Shown here: one piece after another, positions 12,890 to 25,526 of the stretch
Layout of the letters: each line of letters opens with the position of its first letter
Position numbering within the stretch: position 1 is the stretch's first letter
Origin: Eledone cirrhosa
Taxonomy: Eukaryota
NCBI GenBank assembly: GCA_964016885.1
Contig: OZ024745.1
Location: 121,148,001-121,212,000 of the forward strand
DNA length: 64,000 nucleotides
Direction: 5' to 3'
Made by a program: the position numbers and the translations under genes
The notes under the pieces: model-generated
What the model saw: the letters and a program-made list of their open reading frames with translations, nothing else
The model's database searches: none
What the model was told of the DNA's origin: nothing

Positions 12890-13900
12890 ATAATAAAATG
12901 ACAGGAGGCTGGACTGGTGTAAATCCTTGAAAGGTTTATTATACTATGATCATTTCAATGACCGGGTTTCATATGAATCCGGTGATATCATCAGGTATTC
13001 AAAATATAACAAATGAATGTAATAGATAAAATCCATGGGGCTGAAAATCATAGACCGGAGGACGACCAACCATCTAGCATCTTCCACCTTAGCCGGTCAC
13101 CCTCAAGTGCTGGCTATTCGGTCTACTTGAGGCAATCTGGTGAGGGGGGTAAAGCTTATAGTGTGCTACTAATCTCTCGGTCAAATAGAAGAAAGACAGA
13201 AAGGAAGAGGAAGATAAGTCAGCGTTAATATCATGCTACAAGAAAAAAGATAGAAAGAAAGAGGAAGAAAAGGAAGAAGAAGAAAAGTCATCGTTAATGT
13301 CGAGCTACAAGAAGAAAGACAGAAAGAAAGAGGAAGAAAAGTCAGTACTGATGCCGCAAAAAATTTTTTTTCCTAAAGGACCCATATCTTAACAGGGGTA
13401 TATATTGTAACTTAAACAAATCCCCCTCCTGGGTAAATTAATAGTACTGGTTTGGTACAAGGATGGCCTAACGACGAGGGCTGACTTCCCACTAGCACAC
13501 CTTTAGCTAGGCGATCTCACTCGGAATGGCTGACACGTGGTTAGGATGGGCTGGATGGGGTCTGCAGTCGCCGCATGCTGTTTGACTGCTAAACAATGAC
13601 ATAATCTTTACTCTATAATACACTTAAAGTTTCTTCATAAAAGTTTCTTTACCTAAACCTCGCAACCCAAAACCTTAAAAATTTTAAACTGTTTAATTTT
13701 CAATTTTCTAATTTCTTTAATTTTATAATGTTAATCTTAAATTTTTGTAACTTCATCCTATAAATCTAAACAAAAATTTAACGTTCCAATCTTCTGCGCA
13801 TCACATTATAACATGCAGACCCCCCACTATATTTACCTCTGTTATAATATATACCTATGTTAAGATACGGGACCTTTAGGAAAAAAAAAAAATTTTCGCG
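12890..13900. mobile_element. Penelope-like non-autonomous fragment with hammerhead motif and inverted arms
   Basis: HHR at 12941-12998, similar to the 1801 copy; inverted arms at about 13350-13410 and 13838-13903. Confidence 0.6.
12941..12998 (-). ncRNA. Minimal type I hammerhead ribozyme motif
   Basis: AUAC CUGAUGA ..ACCGG...CCGGU.. GAAA U-GAUC-A UA GUAU; palindromic loop 3 typical of Penelope HHRs. Confidence 0.7.
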
Positions 13901-14310
13901 GCATGAGAGGAATAAAATAGTGTGTGCAAGAGAGGAGATTATGTTGGTATGGACATGTGATGCGTATATTTACAATGTTTCAGCCTATCCTTATGAGAGA
14001 TGTATGGGAAGATAGGATGGAGTGGAGCATGCTGTATATATGCTTCAGCCTGTGTCAATGGGAAGTTAGGTCTTATGTATTACTGCATCATGCCAGAGAT
14101 CTTGGTCCTGTGTCATTACCTTTGAGAGGTGCAATTGGGAAAGGTTGGCTTTTATCACTTCATCCCAAGGCTCCCATCAACTTTGAGAGCTCTGTACCTT
14201 TTTACCCAGCTGTCATCCTCCATGCGGATCACATGTCCATACCATCTCAGCCTCTCTCCTGCACACCGCAACTTATCCCTCTTATACCCAGTTTCTTTCT
14301 CAACTCGTCT
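13901..14310. mobile_element. RTE C-terminal fragment with a short inverted duplicate
   Basis: ERRLCWYGHVMR on plus (13924-13964); RLRWYGHVIRMEDDSWVK on minus (about 14155-14300). Confidence 0.7.
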
Positions 14311-15075
14311 ATGCGTACATACATCTATCCATACATAAACATACAATAGACATATGCATACACACATTTACAGATAAACATATATTTATACCTGTAGGTA
14401 TATATATATTTACATCCACACATACATGTAATACATGTAGATTATCATCCATAAATATATACATACACCTCCATCCGAATATACATATAAACACACATGC
14501 ATATATACATATGCATGTACCCATATATAAATGTATATACATACACACACACTTATACTCATATGCATACACATATGTACACAATACACATATACATCTA
14601 TATAATCACATATGTATCTATATACATATATACACGATAGCTGCAAATTCTGCTAAGAATATTGCAATCACTTATCAGATTATTGAGTTTGGTGCACTTT
14701 TAGGCTACGGCCAGCCACACGAACCTGTAACAGATCCTGCACAAGCGACACCTGTGCTTTGAATGTTTTTTAAGTGGGGAAAGGCCTTGCACTCGACTAA
14801 TCCCACTCTCTGAGCATCGAAGACACTACCCACAAAGAAGAACTGGTCTACATCATTGGATGCTTTTGAAGCTGCAGGTTTTTCTTTCAGAGTTTCCCTC
14901 TCATAGAAAGGTGTTGTGACAACTGGGGACCTTTCACTTCCAGATGAAAAAAAAAAAAAGTACTATTTGGATGGACATTGACTCTGCTAGGTCCTCCACC
15001 CTTTGCTGGGTCCAAATATCACCCTCCTCACCAGTAGCACTCGAGAGTGACCTGACATACGTACATACATACATG

Positions 15076-16074
15076 CATAATATGTATGAGTAATATAGAT
15101 AAGGAAAGTATTCTATCTTGGACCAACAACCGCTATATTGGCTCCCACTTTGAAGGATATGCTTTTGCAATCCAAGAACAGGAGATTAACACGAAATACC
15201 TGATTCACAAAAGAGATAGGGATGCAGGCAAAACACCTAGATGTGATAACAAGTGCAGACTCAGCAGAAATAACATCGAGGATATCACCCATGTCATCAG
15301 CAGCTGTCCAAAGATGTCATCGCAGTACTATCTACCTTTGAGGCATGATGTAGTGGCCAAAACACTGTACAATGCAGTTCATAAAAAAGATAGCCCCGAT
15401 AGTAAACACATTAAAAGCTACAGCAATGTGGAAGACATCCATGTACATAATATGAAAGAGTACTGGTGGAATGTTCCAGTAAAAACCCCAATAAAATGCA
15501 GGCATAACAGACCAGATATTATGATATGGGACAGGGAAAAGAAGGCATGCACAGTAGTGGAAATTAGCTGCCCAGCAGATGCCAATATAATATCAAAGAT
15601 TAGTGAAAAGGAGAATATTTATGCAGAACTGATGAGAAATCTGCAGATACTCCACCCTGATTACACCTTCAGATTTATACCTGTGATTATTAGGGCACTG
15701 GGGTATGTTCGTAACTGCCTCAATACAAATCTTGAGAAGCTGGGCTTCACAGGAACAGAAAGAACACAACTAGTTAGGAAATTACAAGTACAATCCATTA
15801 ATGGAACAGTAAAAATATGTAAAACATTCCAGAAATTTTGCATCTAATAACTGCATATACACATGTACAGATACAAAGCATATGCACATGCACACATATA
15901 ACTCAAAACATAAACATCCACACATACAATAACATCCATATCTACACATGCATACATACATATCTACCTAGTTGATGTTGTGTAAGTTCCAATGAGAGAG
16001 TCTTGTGTCTATGTTAGAAACCGACTATCTCTCTATTGGTAAAACTTTGTGAAATTATAAAACCAGAAGAACAT
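15076..16074 (+). mobile_element. 5'-truncated R4/Dong-type non-LTR retrotransposon (restriction-like endonuclease C-terminus plus 3' UTR)
   Basis: ORF 15086-15847: AIQEQEI, CRL(S)..E...H..S.C zinc knuckle, RHD, RPDI, EISCP..K..EK..Y RLE motifs. Flanked by (CATA)n. Confidence 0.88.
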
Positions 16075-16167
16075 GATGGCTGCCCCCTCGTTATCGAGTA
16101 TGGCCATTGCACAATAAAAAAAAAAAATAAAATAAAATAAAACAAAACAAAACAAAAAAAAAAAAAA

Positions 16168-16228
<61 letters not shown>

Positions 16229-16307
16229 GCAATAATAATAATAACGACAACAACAATAATAATATACATATTCATATATATATACACACACACGCACGCA
16301 CATAAGC

Positions 16308-16345
<38 letters not shown>

Positions 16346-16353
16346 GATAGCAA

Positions 16354-16875
16354 CTAACAGTGCTGCGATCGAATGTGGCTTTTTAGCCCAGCCAATGATC
16401 CAAAATGTCTTGCACAGAGTCGGCAACCAAAACATTTACTGGGAATAGTCGGCTGTGGTTGGAGTTCGTGTACTTTTGCATGTCGCTTGAGTCCTCCTGC
16501 TGATTTACATTCTCTACCACATGTTTGGCAAGCATGATGAGTAGCATCTCCAACAGCAGCCTGGTAGTCAACCACTGGTCTTACTTTATGACTGCGAAGA
16601 TGACTTTCGAGTCCAGCTTTGCTTAGGCAGAGTCTCGCACAGACGCTGCATGTCAGAAACATAGGAGGACCCTCGCCGTCTGGAAGTGCAACAGCAATAC
16701 CCTTCCTCACGTCCCGCTTTACTTTCTCGTGTGCGATTCGAGATGCCTCAAAGGCAACTTTTCCCTCATATACAGTCTTTCTCCATTTATTACGATCAGC
16801 AGCAATATTTTCCCATGTATCAGCAGAGATGTTAGCGTCTTTCAGAGAGGCCTTCAAGGAATCCTTATACCTCTT
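16354..16875 (-). CDS. RTE LINE ORF2 C-terminus with three C2H2 zinc fingers
   Basis: KRYKDSLKASLK...WENIAADRNKWR (RTE C-terminal motif), then CSVC-x12-HLRSH, CQTC-x12-HAKVH, CRLC-x12-HIRSQH, then TAG. Confidence 0.9.
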   Translation of the reverse strand, partial: KRYKDSLKASLKDANISADTWENIAADRNKWRKTVYEGKVAFEASRIAHEKVKRDVRKGIAVALPDGEGPPMFLTCSVCARLCLSKAGLESHLRSHKVRPVVDYQAAVGDATHHACQTCGRECKSAGGLKRHAKVHELQPQPTIPSKCFGCRLCARHFGSLAGLKSHIRSQHC

Positions 16876-16929
16876 TTTTTTTTTTTTTTTTTTTTCTCCC
16901 TTTTTTTTTTTTTTTTTTTTTCCAATTCA

Positions 16930-19570
16930 ATGATGTTCCAGAACAATGTAAACGAGATAATTGCCAATTTGGGTTCTGGAACAAAAAAGATCATTGGCAA
17001 TAAGGGCAGGGGCCCCAAGTTATCACAACCTGGGCCCGCCCGTCATCGTGCCATTGTAATAGAGCCAAACAGGGCATTTAGTCTTGGCTGCTGGAACGTA
17101 CGGACGCTGCTTGACAGGGATTCTTTGGAGCGTCCTGAACGAAGGACCGCTCTTGTTGCGAAGGAGCTTCGACGTTACGATCTTGACATCGTGGCTTTGT
17201 CTGAGACGAGGTTAGCTGGAGATGGTCATCTTACGGAATTTTGTGGAGGGTATACATTCTTCTGGAAAGGAAGAGATGAAGGAACCAGAAGAGAGGCTGG
17301 GGTAGGATTTGCTGTTAAGACTGTACTGGTGAATAAATTGGAAGAATTCCCAGTGGGGATTAGTGAGCGTCTTATGTCCATGCGAGTTCCGCTGGACAAG
17401 GGAAGATATGCTACCCTGGTGAGTGTGTATGCTCCAACTATGAATTCTGTCGATGAAGAAAAACTGTCCTTTTACCATGCCTTGAAAGGTGTTTTAAGAA
17501 ATATCCCTCAGGCAGACAAGGTCATCGTGCTTGGTGACTTTAATGCTAGAGTGGGTAGGGATTTTAACACATGGAATGTAATCGGAAGGCATGGGGTGGG
17601 AAAGTGTAACAGCAATGGTATGCTCTTGCTGCAGATGTGTGAGGAGCTGGATCTGTGTGTTACCAGCACCATGTTCCAACAAAAGAACAAATTCAAGACC
17701 ACATGGATGCATCCTGCATCTAAGGAATGGCATCTTTTGGACTACGTCCTAGTCAGGATGCGTGACAGACAGGATGTGCGGTGTGTTCGTGTTCTTCGTG
17801 GAGCTGAGTGCTGGACGGACCACCGCCTGGTACGCGCAAAAGTGAATCTAATCACCAAACGTAAAATCCGGGCTCCTGGTGTTACCCTGCCCAAAAGATT
17901 GAATGCTGCTCGTCTTAAGGATAAAGATGTGAAGAGGACATTGGAAGAAGAGATGCAGGCTGCAGATCTTGGTGAGGATTGGCCGACCCTTAAAAAGTCG
18001 GTTTATGATGTAGGCAGACGTGTTCTGGAATTGGTGCAGAGAAAACATCAGGACTGGTTTAATGAGAAAGATGTGCATATAGATGACTTGTTGGCTGATA
18101 AGAGGCGCGCTCTGTCACGCTACTTGACGGCAAGACCACAGGAGAGGAATACGTTGCATGAGGAGCTCAGGGATGTAAAATCACGTGTTAGGCGGAGTCT
18201 TTCTCAGATGAAGGATCAGTGGTGGAGTGAGAAGGCTGGTGAGATACAAACTGCGTCTGATTGCAATAACACAAAGCTGTTGTACAGTCTCTTGCGTGAG
18301 GTTTATGGACCGTCTTCTTCTCTGGTGACACCGATTCGCAGCAAGGATGGCAAAGAACTTCTTCGTGACTCACAGGGAATTCTACGAAGGTGGCGGGAGC
18401 ACTTTGATGATCTTTTGAATCAGCCGTCTGTCGTCAGTGAAGATTTCCTCAATCTCATTCCGGAAAGTCCTGTGAAAGTAGCTCTCGCAGAGCCTCCGAC
18501 ACTTGTGGAGGTTGCAGTGGCTATTTCGAAGCTGAACAGTGGAAGATCTCCAGGTATGGATGGCATACATGCTGAGCTCCTACAATATGGTGGTGAGAGA
18601 CTCCTGCAACATCTTCACTCTCTGTTTGGAGGGATATGGGCTAATGAATCCGTGCCTGAGGACTGGAGAGATGCAGTAATGGTGGTCTTGTACAAGGGAA
18701 AGGGTAACAGGAATGATTGTGGGAACTACAGAGGTATATCATTGCTTTCTGTCGTGGGGAAAGTTTTATGTAGGGTGCTTCTGGACCGTCTGCTGACACA
18801 CATTGCAGATTGTGTCCTTCCTGAAAGTCAATCTGGTTTTCGTGTTGGACGCGGCACTACTGATATGATCTTCTCAGCTAGACAGCTCCAGGAGAAGTGC
18901 ATTGAACAGGGCTTGGATCTGTATCAGGTTTTTGTCGATCTGACAAAGGCTTTCGATACTGTCAACAGAGATGCATTATGGAAGGTTCTCCAGAAACTTG
19001 GTTGCCCTGATAAGTTCCTTGCTTTAGTTAGGTCTTTCCATGACGACATGAAGGCTTGGGTTAATGTCGGAGGTAACATGTCGGAGCCTATCTCAGTAAA
19101 AAATGGAGTGAAACAGGGGGATATTCCAGCACCGACCCTGTTTGCCATATACTTTGCAATGGTTTTCTGTGTTGCATTCAGGAATTGCGAGCATGGTGTT
19201 TACATCCGATATCGAACCTCAGGCAGCATATTTAACATCAGGCGCTTTGCTGCGAAGACAAAAGTATTTACATCAGTCATAAGAGACCTCTTGTATGCAG
19301 ATGATTGCGATCTTGTAGCGCACACAGAGAGTGATATGCAGCACATTTTGAATGTATTTTCTGACGCTTGCACTGCCCTGGGTTTGACTGTCAGTCTCAA
19401 GAAAACCGTCGTCATGTACCAACCTGCACCTGGTAGGCAGTACACTGAACCAAACATCTATGTGTATGGCAAACGACTTGGAGTGGTTGATCAGTTTGTC
19501 TACCTGGGAAGCACTGTCAATCGATACGGCAACCTTGACAGTGAAATCTCACTTAGGATTAGGAAAGCAG
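16930..19570 (+). CDS. RTE LINE ORF2 5' portion: APE endonuclease plus reverse transcriptase, stop-free, truncated after RIRKA
   Basis: Motifs GCWNVRTL, LSETR, VYAPT, LGDFNARVG, LDYVLV, TDHRLV, NYRGISLLS, QSGFR, FVDLTKAFDTV, GVKQGD, LLYADD, FVYLGS. Confidence 0.95.
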
Positions 19571-19581
19571 AAGAACATACA

Positions 19582-19613
<32 letters not shown>

Positions 19614-19647
19614 CATACATAGATACATGCATACATACATACATACA

Positions 19648-19680
<33 letters not shown>

Positions 19681-21309
19681 GTGTGTGTGTGTGTGTGTGC
19701 ATTTGTGTAAAAGGTAAACAGAAATAACAAAACAAACGGGACAGTACATGGAAGAAATATATTAGTTTAATGTTTGAAATAGCAATATATATATATATAT
19801 ATTCACATATTTGCACCAACAGATATACAACCCAACTGTACACAACACAATTGTATACAACCCAACTGTATATATATATATGTGTGTGTGTGTCTGTGTC
19901 TGTGTGTGTCTGTGTATGTATATTTGTATGTATTGATGTAATCACCATGATCATCGGGGAAGCTAATGATATCAGCAAATATTAACCTTTTCTATACCAA
20001 ACTGCCTGAAACCACACCCAGTTATCTGATACAAAACTGTTTGTTTTAAAGTATTTATATTTCTCTAAAAGCCTTCCATTATAATATTACATAAGAGACT
20101 TTATTTAATTATAATATTTTGTTTAAAAGCTACTACAATGTGAAATGGACAGTAAATGTTAAAAATATGATAACAATAATATTGGGATATTACCTTAAAG
20201 TTCTTTAGAGGTCCTTATATTTCGGGATAGAATCCCTTCGTCAAAAGATTAATAGAAGAAACTAGAAAAAATGACAGCTTAAAAACAACAAAAGATTTAC
20301 AGCTTTAAACTAGTTTCTTGTATTAATCTCTTGATGAAAGAATTTAGTTTTATCAAAATATAAAGATCTATAAAGAACTGCATGTTCCCAACATCTTTGT
20401 TACCATATTCTTTGTGGTAACCTTCAAACAAAACAACATTTTCTAAAATTTACTCAATGTTTCAAGTGCACCACAACACCTTATTTAGAAATGTTGCAAA
20501 CACCAGATAAATAATCATTTCTGATTTAAGTACAAGGCTAGTTATTTGTGGGTGAGTGGATAGCTGATTATACTGACTCCAGTACTTCACTGGTATTTCA
20601 GTTGATCAATCACAGAAGGATGAAATGTAAAGTTGACCTGGGCAGGATTTGAATTCATAATGTAAAGAACCAGAACAAAAACTGTTAAGTCTGTGTTTGA
20701 TGTTCTGGTGACAAATAATGAAACAGTTTGGTAATTGTTGACTGATTGTTTCCAAAATGGGTAGATTTGGTCATTTTGGTTAGCAATCATGAGGTAATAA
20801 GTTAAAGCACTCAACATTAGGCAAATCATCTATTGTAGATGTGGTAGCTCATGGCTGGTGCAGGGACAGAATTAAATATTTATTTCAAAGACAATAAAAG
20901 TTCGGACTCAAAATATTCTTTTAATGTTTCAAAATCACAATACACATTTCTATGGCCTGGTGTTTTGTTTTTTAATTTGATATATTGGCTCCTGATTCAT
21001 TTCTATATGTAAGTAGAGCTTCTTAAGTTGAATGGTTCTCAGCTGCTGTTTTTAGCAGTCTTTTGGTCCATTCACACTATTGGCTGTATAAAGAGCCTGG
21101 AATCTATTCCTTGAACTCATTAAATTATAGGATATTAATGTGAGCCTTTAACTCCATTTTTTAAATTTTATATATATATATAAGTTTATCCCAGCTTCAA
21201 TCACGGGGGTAGGGGGTGGGGTGGGGTGAACCACAGTAAGTAGGTACTCAATACAAAGCAGAGTATAAATATACAAAGGCTTCTACAGGACTAGAACTGT
21301 TTCATTCGA

Positions 21310-21358
21310 GCTTCCTGATGATTTCTCCTGAATGAAACAGTTCTAGTCCTGTAGAAGC
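21310..21358 (+). ncRNA. Type I hammerhead ribozyme motif
   Basis: GCUUC CUGAUGA UUUC-UCCU-GAAU GAAA CAG-UUCUAGUC-CUG UA GAAGC; stems I and III pair perfectly; GUA cleavage triplet. Confidence 0.75.
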
Positions 21359-21639
21359 CTTTCTATCTTAAATATATATATATATAAAAATATATATATA
21401 TATATATATTATATAGTAATAATAATAAATTTGAAGACTAAAATCCATAGAGGGCTCGATAAGGATAAATATATATCAAATATATAAGAAATATATATAT
21501 ATCAAATATATAAGGATAAATATATATAAAATATATCAAATATATATATCAAATATATATCAAATATTTGTGAACGCAACGATTCTTTGCTTAAACTTTA
21601 ATCTGTTATTTTAACAAATATATATATATATATTTATAT

Positions 21640-22095
21640 ATCATCATCACCGTTTTACATCCGTTCTTCCATGCTAGCATGGGTTAGACGGGTTGTCCTG
21701 TTGTGGGCAGTGTCTGGTCGGCTGACCATGCCTTGCTCATACAGGAACTGATCTTGGCTTGATTTCTACAGCTGGATGCCCTTCCTAACACCAACCTCAT
21801 TTACAGTGAGTGCTGGGTGCTTTTTCCGTGGCGCCTACACATCCACTTTACAGTGTGGGCTGGGTGCTTTTTTGCCGTGGCACCTCCACGACCACCTTGC
21901 AGTGGGAGGGTATGGGGGCATATTGTCTATATGCTTCAGCTTGTACCCATGGGAGGTCGGGTACTCTGTATTACTGCGTGACGCCAGAGGTCACGGTCGT
22001 GTGTCGCCAGAGGTCATGGTCGTATATATATATATATATATAACCCATGCTAGCATGGAAAATGGACGTTAAACGGTGATAATGATGATGATGAT
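21640..22095 (-). mobile_element. RTE 3' UTR fragment plus an inverted short tail copy
   Basis: Same 3' UTR as 46322-46620. Related copies at about 2730-3030, 3900-4075, 11770-12040, 37850-38040, 38726-38782, 44105-44410 and 49000-49350. Confidence 0.8.
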
Positions 22096-22604
22096 AATAT
22101 ATATATATATATATATATATATCATCATTGTTGTACATTTGTTTCCCATACTGGTACTGGCATGGGTTGGATATGATGTGTCATATTGTGAGACTAGGCA
22201 AGTTGGATGAACACATCCTTTCTCACATATTGCAGTGTGGCATGGTTTTTATGGCTTTATGCCTTTCCTAATGCCAACCACTTTACTATACAATATGGGA
22301 CAGACAGATAGCATTTTATCATAGCACCAACACTAACACCTTTCAGGGTGGACTTGGTTCTTTTTATCATGGCATCAATACTACCACTTTACAGAGTGGG
22401 CTGGGTGTATTTTATAAATTGATTTTGAAATTACATATGCTTTCAGTTGTTACTACAACAATCGATATTTAGGTTTACATAACTACTTTAATAATCTATA
22501 ATTCCGTTTAGAAAACAGTTCCCAACAACAGCTTTTAGAATTTATATTTTGGTTAACACAACAGCTTATGGTAGAAGTGAGACTCAATTATTGGCTGAAT
22601 TTAT

Positions 22605-23405
22605 CAATATGTGTGTATGTACATGAGTTTATGTACACGTGTGAGTGTGTATACATGTATACATGTATATGTGTGTACATTTGTCTATATATATATGTGT
22701 GTATTTGTCTATATATGTGTATATGTGTGTGCATCTGTACATGTATGTTTGTGTATATATGTGTATGTGTTTGTGTATATGTATGTGTATGCACGTGTAT
22801 ATACATATATGTGTATATGTGTGTGTGTATATGTATGTGTATGCACATGTATATACATATATGTGTATATGTGTGTGTATATATGTATGTGTAGATACAT
22901 ATATGTGTATATGTGTGAGTATATATGTATGTGTATGCACATGTATATACATGTATGTGTATATGTGTGTGTGTATATGTATGTGTATGCACATGTATAT
23001 ACATATATGTGTATATGTGTGTGTATATATGTATGTGTAGATACATATATGTGTATATGTGTGAGTATATATGTATGTGTATGCACATGTATATACATGT
23101 ATGTGTATATGTGTGTGTGTATATGTATGTGTATGCACATGTATATACATATATGTGTATATGTGTGTGTGTATATGTATGTGTATGCACATGTATATAC
23201 ATATATGTGTATATGTGTGTGTATATATGTATTTGTATGCACATGTATATACATATATGTGTATATGTGTGTGTATATATGTGTGTATATATGTATGTGT
23301 ATGCACATGTATATACATATATGTGTATATGTGTGTGTATATATGTATGTGTATGCTTGTGTATATACATGTATGTGTATATGTGTGTGTTTATGTTTAT
23401 GTTTA
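22605..23405. repeat. Compound TG/TA microsatellite with longer periodicity
   Basis: Recurring gtatgcacatgtatatacatatatgtgtatatgtgtg. Confidence 0.9.
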
Positions 23406-23765
23406 TGAGTCAGTACATGGTTTTATTTCTATTGTTATTGAACATATCTAAAAGTGTAAGGAGGCATTTGTTGTTTCTGTTGTTTCTCTTTATATATCAT
23501 TGTCTGACATGAACACCATAATTTAGAGAAGTCCCATAGAATCAGAAGCGTGATCTTACTCTAATAAAGGACCCGTGTGTTTACTTTATGTCAATTATCT
23601 TAATTTTACAGTCTTACAAGAAGTTATACAAATAGTTGTGAGGTTTTATAAAGTCCAAGGAAACTAATGAAATAGTTTTTTTCTGTTTCCAAAGGAAAGC
23701 TTTACTGAAGAATGTTAATACTATACTTGCCAATGGCATTTGGACTTATCCTCATTTACAAACTG

Positions 23766-23840
<75 letters not shown>

Positions 23841-24099
23841 AGGGAAAGAAGTTAATTTCTAGAAGAAAAAACATATTCCTGTGAAGAGTGTAGACAACAG
23901 ACTAAGAAGATTCCCTTATAGCAACATTAATAGAAGACAGAGCACAACTATATAGTAAAGAAAGAAAAGTAGTTTTGTCAATGAAAAGTGTGAAAGCATT
24001 CTGGGGTAACTGTTTCTTTAGTTGCTTGGTAGATTTAACTTGTTGCTCAACTTAACACAGCATTGAGCCACTAGATGTCTTTAGCAGAGCTGGCTCTGT

Positions 24100-24383
24100 T
24101 TCAAGCATTTGATCCATGTCTCCTGTCTATCTCTATTGCAAGTATTTGATCCATCTCTTTAGTTGGGCTCTGTTGCAAACATTTGATCCAGGTCTCCAAT
24201 TGAGATTTGTTGCAAGCATTTAATCCAAGTCTTTTGTCTGGCTTTGTTGCAAGTATTACATCTAGATCTCCAGGCTGGCTCTGTTCCAAGCATTTGATCT
24301 AGATCTTTAATCTGGCTTTGTTGCAAGCATTTGATCTAGATCTTTAATCTGGCTTTGTTGCAAGCATTTGATCTAGATCTTTA
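24100..24383. repeat. 37-bp tandem repeat, about 8 diverged copies
   Basis: caagcatttgatctagatctttaatctggctttgttg. Confidence 0.9.
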
Positions 24384-25278
24384 GTGTGAAAACAATTTCC
24401 TCCCTTCCCTGGATACCCTGAAGAGGGTCATAAGTATTGACTTTCTTCCTCTGAATTTGTTGTTTAGTTAATCTAGAGAGGAAAGGAGATGATGAAGTAA
24501 AGTGACAAGGTTTTAGGAAGGGCATCAAGCTATAAAACTCATTCCAAATATAGAACATATGAGCAAGATGAAGTTGCTTCAGTCTGTCTGATTTCAAACT
24601 GTGGCATGTTTAACACTTTAGCATTTACATTCCTCTATATTTACTATTTTATCTAAATATGCTATTATATGTTCATGGTAAACACTTTATTTCACATAAT
24701 TATCTCACATAATATTGAATCTATGAGATTTTGATATTATTTATTTTGAGAACAATACTTTAACACAAGTATGCGCGACCAGTTACAGCCGGTTTGAACA
24801 GAAAGAGGTGAAAGAATTCTGGCCAGATACGGCTGGTTTAAATGCTAAAGCTTTAACAAACCTGCTTTTAGATATATTCTGCTAAATCATTACAGGATGT
24901 TAACCCTTTAGCAATCACATTACTCTATATATACTATTATATTTTCATGGTAAAGGCTTTACCTCGCATAATTATCTCACATAATATCGAATCTATAAGA
25001 TTTTGAAAGTATTTATTTTGAGAACAATACCTTAACATCAGTTTGAGCGACCAGTTACAGCCAGTTCAACAGAAAGAGGTAGAGAATTCTGACCGGTTTT
25101 GGCCGGTTTGAACATTAAAGGGTTAAATGTTAGTGTGGTACTACCCCCTGGTCTCTTAGTCTCTTGGTTCTTCTCCACTAAGACTGGCAAAGAAACATTT
25201 CAGGGCTGAAATATAAGACCCACACCCACACACACACACCTACACACATATACACATACAGGCATACACACACACATG

Positions 25279-25312
<34 letters not shown>

Positions 25313-25494
25313 CATACGCACACACACACACACATATACACACATACACACATATACACACAGACATACACACATACACACACATACGTGCATACACACA
25401 CACACATACACAAACATGCACTCAGCCCCCCCCCCCCCCAATGCACCCATACACAAAAATGCTCTCAGTTACACGTGCACACACACATATACAA

Positions 25495-25526
<32 letters not shown>

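Larger units (their letters stand above)
16064..19578. mobile_element. RTE-clade LINE with 5' inversion and internal deletion, bounded by an 11-bp TSD
   Basis: TSD cagaagaacat at 16064-16074 and 19568-19578. The 3' part is on minus (16075-16875) and the 5' part on plus (16921-19570). Confidence 0.88.

Noticed and set aside
16729-16929. N-terminal extension of the 993-aa ORF
   Set aside because: It is the antisense of the inverted C-terminal piece plus poly-T. The last 45 or so residues of that ORF are (CATA)n read-through.
22568-23512. Many YI/HT/CV-rich ORFs here and at 45421-46153, 55309-55974, 11109-11574
   Set aside because: Dinucleotide microsatellite translations.
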